Below the pieces are notes generated by a model. It was given only the letters and a program-made list of their open reading frames with translations. It searched no databases and had not been told where the DNA came from. From NCBI GenBank assembly GCA_025934955.1, contig JAICWE010000009.1, positions 2,913 through 66,912 of the forward strand: DNA of 64,000 nucleotides, given 5' to 3'. The position numbers and the translations under genes were made by a program. Source of the stretch: Gemmatimonadales bacterium (GTDB taxonomy: Bacteria; Gemmatimonadota; Gemmatimonadetes; Gemmatimonadales; GWC2-71-9). Below, one piece after another: positions 20,485 to 30,104 of the stretch (within the stretch, counting starts at the first letter, position 1; every line of letters starts with the position of its first letter).

Positions 20485-21750
20485 ATGCCCGCCCCCAATC
20501 CAGCCGTCGTCCCGCCGCGCGCCCGGCACCCGTGGGTCTGGGCGGTGCTGTACTTCCCCTACGGCCTCACCTTCGGCTTCCCGGCCATCGCGCTCGGGTA
20601 TCTCGCCGGGCGCGCCGGCGTCGCCACCTCGGCGGTCGCGGGGATGGTCGGAATGGCGTTCCTCGCCGCCGGCTGGAAGTTCGTCTGGGCGCCGTTAGGC
20701 GACTACACCCTGTCGCGGAAGCGCTGGTACCTGCTGGCGGTCGCGGCGGTGTCGGCGGGGTTCGTCGCGCTTACGGCGCTGCCGCTCTCGTCGCGCACCG
20801 TGCCGCTGGCCGGCTTCCTCGTGCTGGTCTCCGGCGTCGCCGCCACGTTCCTCGCCTTTGCGACGGAAGGGCTGATGGTGCACAACACGCCGGCCGCGCA
20901 GCGCGGCCGGGCGGCGGGATGGTTCCAGTCGGGCAACCAGTTCGGGCAGACGGCGGGCGGCGGCGTCGGGCTCTGGCTCATCCACCACTCGCCCTCGCCG
21001 TGGATGGCGGGCATCGGGCTCACGGCGATCATCGGTGCCTGTGCGCTGGCGCTCCGCGGGCTGGAGGAGCCGCCGCGGCCGCTGGCCGGGGCGTCGTTCG
21101 GCGCGCGCATCGCCGATGTGGGCCGCGAGCTCGGCGGCGTGCTCCGCTCGCGGGCGGGGCGGGTCGGGCTGCTCCTCGCCATCCTGCCGATCGGCACGGC
21201 GGCGGCGCAGTTCCTCTTCGGCGCGCTCGGCCCCGAGTGGCACGCGTCGGCGGATACCGTCTCGTTCGTGCTCGGCGCGGGCGGCGGCCTCGCGATCGTC
21301 ACCGGCTGCTTCGCCGGCGGGCGGCTGGCCGACCGCATCGCCAAGACCCGGGCCTACGCAGTCGCCTGCGCGCTCATGATCCTGGCGTGCGTGGCGCTCG
21401 CGGTCTCGCCCCGGACCGAGGCCGGGTATGCCGCCGCGACGCTGTTCTACATCTTTGCCAACGGGATGGGCGCGGCGTCGTTCACGGCACTGGTGCTCGC
21501 GATCATCGGCGACAGCGCCGCCGCTACCAAGATCAACCTCTTCTTCGCGCTCAACACGCTGTTCAGTCTCGGCATGCTCCGGGTGGATGGCTGGGCGCAC
21601 GACGCGTGGGCGACGAACGGGATGCTGTACACCGAGGCGGGAGCGGGCGTGCTCGCGCTGGTGGTGTTCGCGGCGCTGGCTCCGGCGCTCCGGGGAACCG
21701 CCGGGGTAGCGGCCACCCGCCCGGCCGAGCGGGCGGCGGGTGCGGTGTAA
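20485..21750 (+). CDS. MFS transporter
   Basis: 421 aa, about 12 hydrophobic helices. The ORF is clean relative to the Arg-rich overlapping frames. Subfamily not assigned (possibly AmpG-like). Confidence 0.8.
   Translation: MPAPNPAVVPPRARHPWVWAVLYFPYGLTFGFPAIALGYLAGRAGVATSAVAGMVGMAFLAAGWKFVWAPLGDYTLSRKRWYLLAVAAVSAGFVALTALPLSSRTVPLAGFLVLVSGVAATFLAFATEGLMVHNTPAAQRGRAAGWFQSGNQFGQTAGGGVGLWLIHHSPSPWMAGIGLTAIIGACALALRGLEEPPRPLAGASFGARIADVGRELGGVLRSRAGRVGLLLAILPIGTAAAQFLFGALGPEWHASADTVSFVLGAGGGLAIVTGCFAGGRLADRIAKTRAYAVACALMILACVALAVSPRTEAGYAAATLFYIFANGMGAASFTALVLAIIGDSAAATKINLFFALNTLFSLGMLRVDGWAHDAWATNGMLYTEAGAGVLALVVFAALAPALRGTAGVAATRPAERAAGAV
20693..20701 (+). repeat. CGTTAGGCG 9-mer copy 5
   Basis: In the MFS CDS, CCG-TTA-GGC-GAC (P-L-G-D). 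Confidence 0.9.
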
Positions 21751-21754
21751 TTGA

Positions 21755-22000
21755 GTGGCCTCGCGTGATCCGGCTCTTTACACCGTCAGGCCGCGGTTCA
21801 ACATTGCACGCGTGGACGACCGCCTGCTGACCACCGAAAGCGCCCGCCACCGCGGACGAGAGGCGTTCTTCGCGGGGGAACCACGCGAGAGCTGCCCCTT
21901 TCCGGAGGACAGCGGCGAGCGGCTGGCCTGGACCGGTGCGTGGGAGGCGGCGCGTGATTATCGCGTCTGGCTGGACATCCACATCGAGCGGGAGGCGTAG
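21755..22000 (+). CDS. Rmf/CrpP-fold small protein (ribosome modulation factor-like domain)
   Basis: ESARHRGREAFFAGEPRESCPFPEDSGERLAWTGAWEAARDYRV aligns with E. coli RMF ERAHQRGYQAGIAGRSKEMCPYQTLNQRSQWLGGWREAMADRV. An alternative shorter start is GTG ~21809. Confidence 0.55.
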   Translation: MASRDPALYTVRPRFNIARVDDRLLTTESARHRGREAFFAGEPRESCPFPEDSGERLAWTGAWEAARDYRVWLDIHIEREA

Positions 22001-22173
22001 CCAACTCCAACGGTGTAAGTAGCTGAGAGCGGGCGGCTTAGATCACCCCGGCGCGGCCAGCACATCGCGGTCGCGGCGGGATTTTGCGTTGCCGGCGCGC
22101 CGCCACTACCTTTGCCGCGCCCGCCGCCGCGGAGGCGCGGTCTCGGCGGACGGCCTCTACCGTGGAGCATGCG

Positions 22174-22926
22174 TTGAAGATCGCGGTCTGCATCAAGCGG
22201 GTGCCCGACATGGACCTCCGCTTTTCCATCGCCCCCGACGGCCGGTCGCTGCTCGAAGCCGGCCTCAAGTACGACATCAGCGACTTCGACGGCTACGCGG
22301 TGGAGGTCGGCCTCCGCCTGGTGGAGAAGGCCGGCCAGGGCGAAGTCGTCGTCATCTCCCTCGGCCCCGACGGCGTACAGGAAACCATGCGCAAGGCGCT
22401 CGGCATGGGCGCGCACCGCGCGGTGCAGCTCAAGACCGACGCGATCCCGTTCGACGGACTGGTGATCGCCCGCGCGCTCGCCGACGAGCTGCGCGGCGGC
22501 GGCTACGACCTCATCCTCTTCGGCCGCGCCGCCACCGACACCGGGAACGGCGCCGTCGGCCCGATGGTCGCGCAGCTCCTCGACCTGCCCTGCGTGAGCG
22601 CCGTCTCCCGCCTCGACATCGCCGACGGCCGCGGCTCGGCCGATCGCCAGCTCGAGAGCGCCACCGAAACGGTCGAGTTTCCCCTCCCCGCCGTCGCCAC
22701 TATAGATGAAGGGATCGCGCGGGCGCGGCTTCCGTCGCTCAAGGGCATCATGGCGGCCAAGAAGAAGCCGCTGGAGGTGAAGCCGGTGCAGCTCGCCCAA
22801 GGGCAGCTCACCGTACAGCGCATGGAGCTGCCGCCGGAGCGGTCCGGCGGCCGGATCGTGGGCGAAGGTGCCGCGGCGGTGCCCGAGCTGGTGCAGCTGC
22901 TCCGGACCGAAGCGAAGGTGCTCTAA
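22174..22926 (+). CDS. etfB: electron transfer flavoprotein subunit beta
   Basis: TTG 22174 gives MKIAVCIKRVPD..., the canonical EtfB N-terminus (alternative GTG 22162). LILFGRAATDTGNGAVGPMVAQLLDLP. The upstream part of ORF 22084 is shadow sequence. Confidence 0.9.
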   Translation: MKIAVCIKRVPDMDLRFSIAPDGRSLLEAGLKYDISDFDGYAVEVGLRLVEKAGQGEVVVISLGPDGVQETMRKALGMGAHRAVQLKTDAIPFDGLVIARALADELRGGGYDLILFGRAATDTGNGAVGPMVAQLLDLPCVSAVSRLDIADGRGSADRQLESATETVEFPLPAVATIDEGIARARLPSLKGIMAAKKKPLEVKPVQLAQGQLTVQRMELPPERSGGRIVGEGAAAVPELVQLLRTEAKVL

Positions 22927-23909
22927 TGGCGAATGTCTTCGCGTTCGCGGAGTCGCGCGGCGGCGAGCTGCGCAAGGTGGCGCTCGAGGCGGTGACCGCC
23001 GCCCGCGCCGCGGCCGACGCGCTCGGCGGCGAGGTGCACGCGCTCCTGATCGGCGCGCCCGGCATCGGGGCGAAGGCCGAGCGGCTGGGCCGCGCGGGTG
23101 CGGACGTCGTGATCGTCGTGGAGCATCCCGCGCTCGAGCGCTACAGCCCCGAGGTGTTCACCGCGACCGCCGCCGAGCGGATCGGGAGCGGCGGGTACCG
23201 GCTGGCGGTGTTTCCGGCGTCGGCCGAGGGGCGCGACCTCTCGCCTCGCGTCGCGGCCGTACTCGGCGTGAGTCTCGCGTCAGACCTGGTGAGCTTCGAG
23301 CTTCAGGGCGATGCCGTGGTCGGCCGGCATCCGACGCACACGGGGAAGGTCGTCACCACGGTCCGCTTTACCGGCACGCCGGCCGTCGTCTCGCTCCGGC
23401 CCGGCGCGGTGCCGGCGGCGGAGTCGCCGCGGGCCGGCCGAGTGGAGCAGGCGGCGCCGGCGCTCGATCCGGGGGCGGCCAGGGTTCAGGTCACGGCGCT
23501 CACCAGTCGCGCCGGCACCAAGCTGGACCTGGGCGAGGCCCCGGTGATCGTCGCCGGCGGCCGGGGCCTCCGCGAGGCCGCCAACTTCCGGCTGGTCGAG
23601 GAGCTGGCTGACGCTTTCGGCAACGCGGCGGTCGGCGCCACCCGCGCGGTAACCGACGACGGCTGGCGGGACCCGTCGACCCAGATCGGGCAGACCGGCC
23701 GCATCGTGAGCCCCAACCTCTATGTTGCGGTCGGCATCTCTGGCGCGATCCAGCATCTCGCCGGCATGCGCACCGCCCGCACCATCGTCGCCATCAACCG
23801 GGACAGGGACGCACCGATCTTCAAGGTCGCCGACTACGGCATCGTCGGCGACCTCTTCGAGGTCGTTCCCCGTCTGACCGAGGAAGTGCGCAAGCTCCGC
23901 GAGCACTGA
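22926..23909 (+). CDS. etfA: electron transfer flavoprotein subunit alpha
   Basis: VIVAGGRG..., [42 protein letters not shown]. The start abuts the etfB stop. Confidence 0.95.
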   Translation: MANVFAFAESRGGELRKVALEAVTAARAAADALGGEVHALLIGAPGIGAKAERLGRAGADVVIVVEHPALERYSPEVFTATAAERIGSGGYRLAVFPASAEGRDLSPRVAAVLGVSLASDLVSFELQGDAVVGRHPTHTGKVVTTVRFTGTPAVVSLRPGAVPAAESPRAGRVEQAAPALDPGAARVQVTALTSRAGTKLDLGEAPVIVAGGRGLREAANFRLVEELADAFGNAAVGATRAVTDDGWRDPSTQIGQTGRIVSPNLYVAVGISGAIQHLAGMRTARTIVAINRDRDAPIFKVADYGIVGDLFEVVPRLTEEVRKLREH

Positions 23910-23940
23910 GCCGGGCGTCGCCCATCGTGAACACCAGCGG

Positions 23941-23975
23941 CGGGCCGTGAGCCATCTCACGGCCCGTATGCGTTC
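23941..23975 (+). terminator. putative intrinsic terminator after etfA
   Basis: Perfect 10-bp stem GGGCCGTGAG / CTCACGGCCC (23941-23950 / 23955-23964) with loop CCAT, followed by a weak T-containing tail GTATGCGTTCC. Confidence 0.45.
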
Positions 23976-24014
23976 CAAGCCCCATATGGAAGCTCGCTTC
24001 TCGAGGAGCTGACG

Positions 24015-25775
24015 ATGGCACGCAACGCGTCGCGCGTCCTGGTGGACACGCTGATCGCCTGGGGTATCGACACCGTGTTCGGCCTGCCGGGTGACGGGAT
24101 CAACGGCATCATGGAGGCACTGCGCGAGCGGAAGGACGCCGTTCGCTTCATCCAGGTGCGGCACGAGGAGGCGGCGGCGTTCATGGCCTGCGCCCACGGC
24201 AAGTACACCGGCCGGCTCGGCTGCTGTCTCGCGACCTCGGGCCCCGGCGGCATCCACCTGCTGAACGGGCTGTACGACGCGAAGCTGGACCAGGTCCCGG
24301 TCGTCGCCATCACCGGCCAGACCTTCTCCGATCTGCAGGGGAGCCGGTTCCAGCAGGAGATCAACATGACGCTCCTGTACGAGGACGTGAGCGTCTACAA
24401 CCAGGAGCTGATCAACCCCGACCAGATCGAGATGCTGGCCGACGAGGCGTGCCGCCGCGCGCTCAACAATCGCGGCGTCGCCCACTTGAATCTCCCGGTG
24501 GATTATCAGGAGGCGGAGCCGTCGGGCAAGGGATCGATGCACCGGGTCCCCGGCTTCACGGACGCGAGCTGGACCCGCGCGATCACGGTCCCGCCGGAGC
24601 GGCAGCTCGCCCACGCCGCCGAGGTGCTGGGCTCGGCGAAGCGGCCGGTGATGCTGGTGGGACAGGGCGCGTTAGGCGCGCGCGAGGCGGTCATCGCGGT
24701 CGCCGACCGGCTCGGCGCGCCCATCGTCAAGGCGCTGCTGGGCAAAGGCGTCGTGCCGGACGATCACCCGCTCACCACCGGCGGCCTCGGCCTGCTGGGC
24801 ACCGCGCCGTCGCAGGAGGCAATGGAAGACTGCGACGCGCTGCTGATCGTCGGCTCGTCATTCCCCTACATGGAGTACCTGCCGAAGCACGACCAGGCGG
24901 TCGGCGTGCAGATCGACGACAAGGCCGACCGGATCGGACTGCGCTACCCGGTGCGCGTCGGGCTGGTGGGCGACGCGCGCGCGACGCTGGAGGCGCTGCT
25001 GCCATTCCTGCCGGAGCAGACCGACCGCACCTGGATCGCGCGGGCGCAGCAGGCCATGGTCGAGTGGTGGTCGCTGATGGAGGAGCGGGAGTCGCGCGAC
25101 GGCGCGCCGATCAAGCCGCAGCGAGTCGCGCGGGAGCTGGATGCCCTGCTCTCCGACGACGCCATCATCTCCACCGACTCGGGCACCATCACGACCTGGG
25201 TCGCGCGGCACGTACGGCTTCGCGGCGAGCAGCAATTCAGCTGCTCCGGCACGCTCGCGACGATGGCGCCGGGGCTGCCGTACGCCGTGGCCGCGCAGCT
25301 CGCCTATCCCGACCGGCAGAGCGTCGCGTTCGTGGGCGACGGCGGCTTCACCATGCTCATGGGCGAGTTCGCCACCGCGGTGAAGTACGACCTGCCGATC
25401 GTGGTCGTCATCATCAAGAACAACACGCTGGGCCAGATCAAGTGGGAGCAGATCGTCTTCCTCGGCAACCCCGAGTACGGCTGCGAGCTCCAGCCGATCG
25501 ACTTCGCGAAATACGCCGAGGCGTGCGGCGGCGTCGGCATCTCGGTGGAGCGGCCGGAGGAGCTTCGGCCCGCGCTGGAGCGTGCCTTCGCCTCGCGCCG
25601 GCCGACGGTGGTCGAGGTGCTGGTGGATCCGAACGAGCCGCCGATGCCACCCAAGATCTCCGCGAAGCAGGCGCTGCACTTCGCCGAGGCGCTGGCGAAG
25701 GGCACGCCGGGCGGCGGGCGGATCGCGCTCACGCTGTTCCGCGACAAGCTCAGCGAGATCATTCCGTCCAAGTAG
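24015..25775 (+). CDS. poxB: thiamine-diphosphate-dependent pyruvate oxidase / pyruvate dehydrogenase (quinone), PoxB-like
   Basis: VFGLPGDGINGI, HEEAAAFMA, SGPGGIHLLNGLYDA. ThDP motif GDGGFTMLMGEF...VVVIIKNN. 586 aa. Confidence 0.85.
   Translation: MARNASRVLVDTLIAWGIDTVFGLPGDGINGIMEALRERKDAVRFIQVRHEEAAAFMACAHGKYTGRLGCCLATSGPGGIHLLNGLYDAKLDQVPVVAITGQTFSDLQGSRFQQEINMTLLYEDVSVYNQELINPDQIEMLADEACRRALNNRGVAHLNLPVDYQEAEPSGKGSMHRVPGFTDASWTRAITVPPERQLAHAAEVLGSAKRPVMLVGQGALGAREAVIAVADRLGAPIVKALLGKGVVPDDHPLTTGGLGLLGTAPSQEAMEDCDALLIVGSSFPYMEYLPKHDQAVGVQIDDKADRIGLRYPVRVGLVGDARATLEALLPFLPEQTDRTWIARAQQAMVEWWSLMEERESRDGAPIKPQRVARELDALLSDDAIISTDSGTITTWVARHVRLRGEQQFSCSGTLATMAPGLPYAVAAQLAYPDRQSVAFVGDGGFTMLMGEFATAVKYDLPIVVVIIKNNTLGQIKWEQIVFLGNPEYGCELQPIDFAKYAEACGGVGISVERPEELRPALERAFASRRPTVVEVLVDPNEPPMPPKISAKQALHFAEALAKGTPGGGRIALTLFRDKLSEIIPSK
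24670..24678 (+). repeat. CGTTAGGCG 9-mer copy 6
   Basis: In the PoxB-like CDS, GCG-TTA-GGC-GCG (A-L-G-A). Confidence 0.9.
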
Positions 25776-25782
25776 GCGTGCG

Positions 25783-28700
25783 ATGACCATCACTCTTCCC
25801 GTTCTCGATCACGCCGGCGTCCTCGAGGCGCCGGAGTCGCCGATGCCCGGCGCCGCCGAGCGCAACGCGATCGCCGCGGAGCTGCGGCGCGCCGTGCGCG
25901 GCGAAGTGCGCTTCAGCGACGGCGACCGCGCGATGTACGCCTCCGACGCCGGCAACTACCGGCAGGTGCCGATCGGCGTCGTGCTCCCGCGCGACGCGGC
26001 CGACGTGCTGGCGACGCTCGAGGTCGCACGGCGGCACGCGCTGCCGATCGGCGCGCGGGGCGGCGGCACCGGCATTCCGGGGCAGACGGTGAACCGCGCG
26101 CTGATGCTCGACTTCTCCAAGTACATGAATCGCATCGTGGCGCTCGATTCGGGAGGACGCAGCGCGCAGGTCGAGCCCGGTCTCGTGCTGGACGAGCTGC
26201 GCGACGCCGCCGGCCGCTTCGGTCTCACCTTCGGCCCCGATCCGGCGACCCACAGCCGCTGCACCCTCGGCGGGATGATCGGCAACAACTCCTGCGGCAT
26301 CCACTCGGTGATGGCGGGCGAGACGGTCGATAACGTGGACGCGCTCCGCGTGGTCACCTACGACGGCACCGTGCTCGACGTCGGGGCCACTGACGACACG
26401 GCGTACGAGCGGATCGTACGGCGTGGCGGGCGCGACGCGGAGATCTACCGCGGCCTCCGCGCGCTGCGCGACCGCCACGCCGACCTGATCCGCCGGAGCT
26501 TCCCCGACATCCCCCGCCGCGTCTCCGGCTTCAACCTGCCGGAGCTGCTGCCGGAGAAGGGCTTCAACGTCGCCCGCGCGCTGGTCGGCACCGAGGCGAC
26601 GTGCGTGCTGGTGCTGCAGGCGACGGTGAGGCTGGTGCCGAATCCGCCGGTGCGCTCGCTCCTCGTGCTCGGCTACGACGACATCTTCGCCGCGGCGGAC
26701 GACGTGGTCGCACCGATGGAGTTCGGGCCCATCGCGCTGGAGGCGCTGGACGACGCCTTCTTCGACGACATGCGGCGGAAGGGCATGCACCCGCCGCACT
26801 CCGACATGATGCCGGCGGGGGGCGCGTGGCTGCTCATCGAGTTCGGCGGCAGCGACAAGGCGGAAGCCGACGCCAAGGCCCACCGCCTGATGGACGCGCT
26901 CAAGCAGCGGACGCGCCCGCCATCGGCCAAGCTGTTCGACAACCCGGCGGAGGAGCGCCACGTCTGGCACCTGCGTGAGGAGGGGCTCGGCGCAACGGCG
27001 AAGGTGCCGGGTGAGCCGGACAATCACGAAGGGTGGGAGGATGCGTCGGTGCCGCCGGCGCGCCTCGGTGGTTATCTGCGCGACTTCAAGAAGCTGCTCG
27101 ACGAGTATCAGTACAGCGGGCCGCTCTACGGCCACTTCGGCCAGGGCTGCGTGCACACCCGGCTCGATTTCGATCTCATCACCGCCGCGGGCATCGCGAA
27201 GTTCCGGCGCTTCGTCTACGAGGCGGCCGACCTCGTGGTGCGCTACGGCGGCTCGCTCTCGGGGGAGCACGGCGACGGCCAGGCTCGCGGCGAGCTGCTG
27301 CCGCGGATGTACCCCCCGGAAATCATGGAGGCGTTCCGCGAGTTCAAGTTGATCTGGGATCCGGCGTGGCGGATGAATCCGGGCAAGGTGATCGAGCCCG
27401 CGCGGGTGGACGAGCACCTGCGACTCGGCACCGGCTTCGATCTCCCCGAGCCGACGACGCACTTTGCCTTTCCCGACGACGGCTTCAGCTTCGCCGAGGC
27501 GAGCGAGCGCTGCGTCGGCGCCGGGGTCTGCCGGCGCCACGGCGGGGGCACCATGTGTCCGAGCTACATGGTCACGCGGGAGGAGAAGCATTCGACCCGC
27601 GGCCGCGCCCGCCTGCTGAACGAGATGCTTCGCGCCGATCCGCTCGAGGGCGGCTGGCACAGCGAAGCGGTCCGCGAGGCGCTCGATCTCTGCCTCTCCT
27701 GCAAGGGCTGCAAAGGCGAGTGCCCGGTGCAGGTGGACATGGCGACGTACAAGGCGGAGTTCCTCTCGCACTACTACGAGGGCCGGCTCCGCCCGCGGAC
27801 GGCGTACACCATGGGCCGCATCGAGCGGTGGGCGCGGCTGGCGTCGCTCGCGCCGGAGCTGGTGAACGCCGCCACCCATGCGCCGCTGCTCGCCACGTTG
27901 GCGCGGCTCGGCGCCGGCGTGCACCCGGCGCGCACCATCCCGCGCTTCGCGCCGGACACCTTCAAGAGCTGGTTCGCGCGCCGCGGCCGACCCGCGCAGA
28001 AGGCGACGCGCGGCCCCGTTCTCCTCTGGGCCGACACCTTCAACAACTTCTTCCACCCGAGCACCGCCGCCGCCGCGGTCGAGGTGCTCGAGGCGGCGGG
28101 ATTCCACGTGCAGGTCGCGCGGCGGCACCTCTGCTGCGGGCGGCCGCTGTACGACTGGGGCATGCTCGACGCGGCGAAGGCGCACCTGGTCGAAATTCTC
28201 GGCGCGCTCCGGAAGCCGATCGAGGCCGGCGTGCCGATCGTCGTGCTGGAGCCGAGCTGCGCCTCGGTGTTCCGCGACGAGTTGCACCAGTTCTTTCCCC
28301 GGCATCAGGACGCGCGGCGATTGCGGGAGCAGACCTTCCTCCTGAGCGAGCTGCTGGCCGATCACGCGCCGGACTACGCGCCGCCTCCACTCAAGCGGAA
28401 GGCACTGCTCCACGGCCATTGCCATCACAAGGCGATCATGAAGCTCGACGCCGAGGAGGCGCTGCTGCGCCGGATGGGCGTGGAGCTCACGGTTCCGGAC
28501 ACCGGCTGCTGCGGCATGGCCGGCGCGTTCGGCTTCGAGCGCGAGCACTACGACGTGGCGATGCGCTGCGGCGAGCGGGTGCTGCTCCCCGCGGTGCGCG
28601 AGACAGCGGGCGACACGCTGGTGATCACCGACGGCTTCAGCTGCCGGGAGCAGGTGGAGCAGGCGACCGGGCGGGTGCCGCTCCACCTCGCGCAGGTGAT

Positions 28701-28884
28701 GCGGATGGCGCTGCGCGAAGGACCGAGCGGCCCGTCCGGTGAGCGGCCGGAGCGCGACTACCTGCGGCTGCCGCGCTCGCGGCGGGCCAACCTCCGCGCC
28801 GGGCTCCTCGCCGGCGCGGGCGTCGCGCTCGCCGGCGCGGCCATCGGCGCGCTCGCCGGCCGCGCGCGGAGCGGCCGGCGGTGA
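25783..28884 (+). CDS. FAD-binding and (Fe-S)-binding oxidoreductase (GlcD-like FAD domain fused to GlcF/HdrD-like CCG domains; YdiJ-like D-2-hydroxyacid dehydrogenase)
   Basis: ATG 25783 within ORF 25582..28884. FAD_binding_4 (RGGGTGIPGQ, GGMIGNNSCGIHS). FAD-oxidase C-domain (GSLSGEHGDGQAR). 4Fe-4S motif CLSCKGCKGECP. Two CCG motifs (HLCCGRP, DTGCCGMAGAFG). C-terminal hydrophobic tail. 7 nt after the poxB stop. Confidence 0.9.
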   Translation: MTITLPVLDHAGVLEAPESPMPGAAERNAIAAELRRAVRGEVRFSDGDRAMYASDAGNYRQVPIGVVLPRDAADVLATLEVARRHALPIGARGGGTGIPGQTVNRALMLDFSKYMNRIVALDSGGRSAQVEPGLVLDELRDAAGRFGLTFGPDPATHSRCTLGGMIGNNSCGIHSVMAGETVDNVDALRVVTYDGTVLDVGATDDTAYERIVRRGGRDAEIYRGLRALRDRHADLIRRSFPDIPRRVSGFNLPELLPEKGFNVARALVGTEATCVLVLQATVRLVPNPPVRSLLVLGYDDIFAAADDVVAPMEFGPIALEALDDAFFDDMRRKGMHPPHSDMMPAGGAWLLIEFGGSDKAEADAKAHRLMDALKQRTRPPSAKLFDNPAEERHVWHLREEGLGATAKVPGEPDNHEGWEDASVPPARLGGYLRDFKKLLDEYQYSGPLYGHFGQGCVHTRLDFDLITAAGIAKFRRFVYEAADLVVRYGGSLSGEHGDGQARGELLPRMYPPEIMEAFREFKLIWDPAWRMNPGKVIEPARVDEHLRLGTGFDLPEPTTHFAFPDDGFSFAEASERCVGAGVCRRHGGGTMCPSYMVTREEKHSTRGRARLLNEMLRADPLEGGWHSEAVREALDLCLSCKGCKGECPVQVDMATYKAEFLSHYYEGRLRPRTAYTMGRIERWARLASLAPELVNAATHAPLLATLARLGAGVHPARTIPRFAPDTFKSWFARRGRPAQKATRGPVLLWADTFNNFFHPSTAAAAVEVLEAAGFHVQVARRHLCCGRPLYDWGMLDAAKAHLVEILGALRKPIEAGVPIVVLEPSCASVFRDELHQFFPRHQDARRLREQTFLLSELLADHAPDYAPPPLKRKALLHGHCHHKAIMKLDAEEALLRRMGVELTVPDTGCCGMAGAFGFEREHYDVAMRCGERVLLPAVRETAGDTLVITDGFSCREQVEQATGRVPLHLAQVMRMALREGPSGPSGERPERDYLRLPRSRRANLRAGLLAGAGVALAGAAIGALAGRARSGRR

Positions 28885-30104
28885 GTGCGGACCGGCGTGC
28901 GCGGGTCGCCGACGCGCTGCGCGACGCCGGGCTCGATGCGGTCGTCGCGGCGCTGCCGGCGAACGTGCTGCTGCTCACCGGCTACTGGCCGGTGATCGGG
29001 ACCGCCGTCGCGGTCGCGACGGTCGAGGGTCAGGTCGGCGTGGTGATCCCGCCGGACGAGCGCGACCTCACTGCTGCCGCCTGGACCGACGTCATCAGCG
29101 AGCTGCCGCCGTCGCGGCGGGGTGACGGACGCAGCGTGCCGGAGCTGCTCGAGGGCCCGCTGCGGCTCCTGCTCGGCCGGCTCGGCGTGGGCGGCGGGCG
29201 CATCGGCATCGAGAGCGGACCGGTCGAGATGCCGACGTCATACGTCGGCGCGTGGCTCTATGGCGACACGCTGCGCACCATCCTCGAGCGGCTGCTCCGC
29301 TTCGCCACGACGATGCCGGCGGCCGACGTGCTGGCGCGGCTCCGGTCGCGCCCGGTGCCGCTCGAGCTGGATCGCATCCGCCGCGCGGCGGCCGTCGTGG
29401 GCGGCGCGTACGACGACGGCGCCCAGATGATCGCGCCGACGATGACGGAGGCGGAGGCGGCCGCGGGGTTCCGCGCCGGGCTCGAGCCGCGGGGACTCGC
29501 GGCGGGCGGACTGCGCGCCGGCGGCCTGGTGTCCTGCATGGCGGGACCCGAGTCCGCCGCCGCGTACGGCAGCCATGCGCGCTCGAGTGCGCGGCGCATC
29601 CGGCGCGGCGAGCTGCTGCTGATCCACGGCAACTCCTACGTGGACGGCTACTGGACCGACGTCACCCGCACCTACGTGCTGGGGCAGCCCGGCGCGCGGC
29701 AGCGCGAGCTGTACGACGCGGTGCACGACGCGCGCCGAGCGGCGCTCGGCGCGATCCGCGCGGGCGTCCGCGCAGCCGAGGTCGATACCGCAGCTCGGCG
29801 GGTGATGCAGTCGCGCGGGCTGGGCGATGCCTTCCGGCACGCAACCGGCCACGGCGTCGGGCTCGCGGCGATCAATCACGACGCGGAGCCGCGGCTCGCG
29901 CAGGGCTCGACGGACGTGCTGGAGCCGGGGATGGTGTGCAACGTCGAGCCCGCCGCGTACGTGGACGGCGTCGGCGGCGTGCGCCACTGCGACATGGTCG
30001 TGGTGACGGATGCCGGCGCCGAGCTGCTGACGCCCTTTCACGCATCGCTCGAATCACTGGTGCTCGAGGCGCCGGCGGCGCAGCCGATGGAGGTGCGCGG
30101 ATGA
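28881..30104 (+). CDS. M24 family (Xaa-Pro peptidase/creatinase fold) protein with atypical metal-ligand set
   Basis: GTG 28881 overlaps the upstream stop (GTGA). Pita-bread blocks [50 protein letters not shown]. Confidence 0.8.
   Translation: MSADRRARVADALRDAGLDAVVAALPANVLLLTGYWPVIGTAVAVATVEGQVGVVIPPDERDLTAAAWTDVISELPPSRRGDGRSVPELLEGPLRLLLGRLGVGGGRIGIESGPVEMPTSYVGAWLYGDTLRTILERLLRFATTMPAADVLARLRSRPVPLELDRIRRAAAVVGGAYDDGAQMIAPTMTEAEAAAGFRAGLEPRGLAAGGLRAGGLVSCMAGPESAAAYGSHARSSARRIRRGELLLIHGNSYVDGYWTDVTRTYVLGQPGARQRELYDAVHDARRAALGAIRAGVRAAEVDTAARRVMQSRGLGDAFRHATGHGVGLAAINHDAEPRLAQGSTDVLEPGMVCNVEPAAYVDGVGGVRHCDMVVVTDAGAELLTPFHASLESLVLEAPAAQPMEVRG

Noticed and set aside
25759-28686. 975-aa minus-strand ORF antisense to the FAD/Fe-S oxidoreductase
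   Set aside because: Shadow ORF with Arg/His/Glu/Ala-rich composition. The sense frame carries FAD, 4Fe-4S and CCG motifs.
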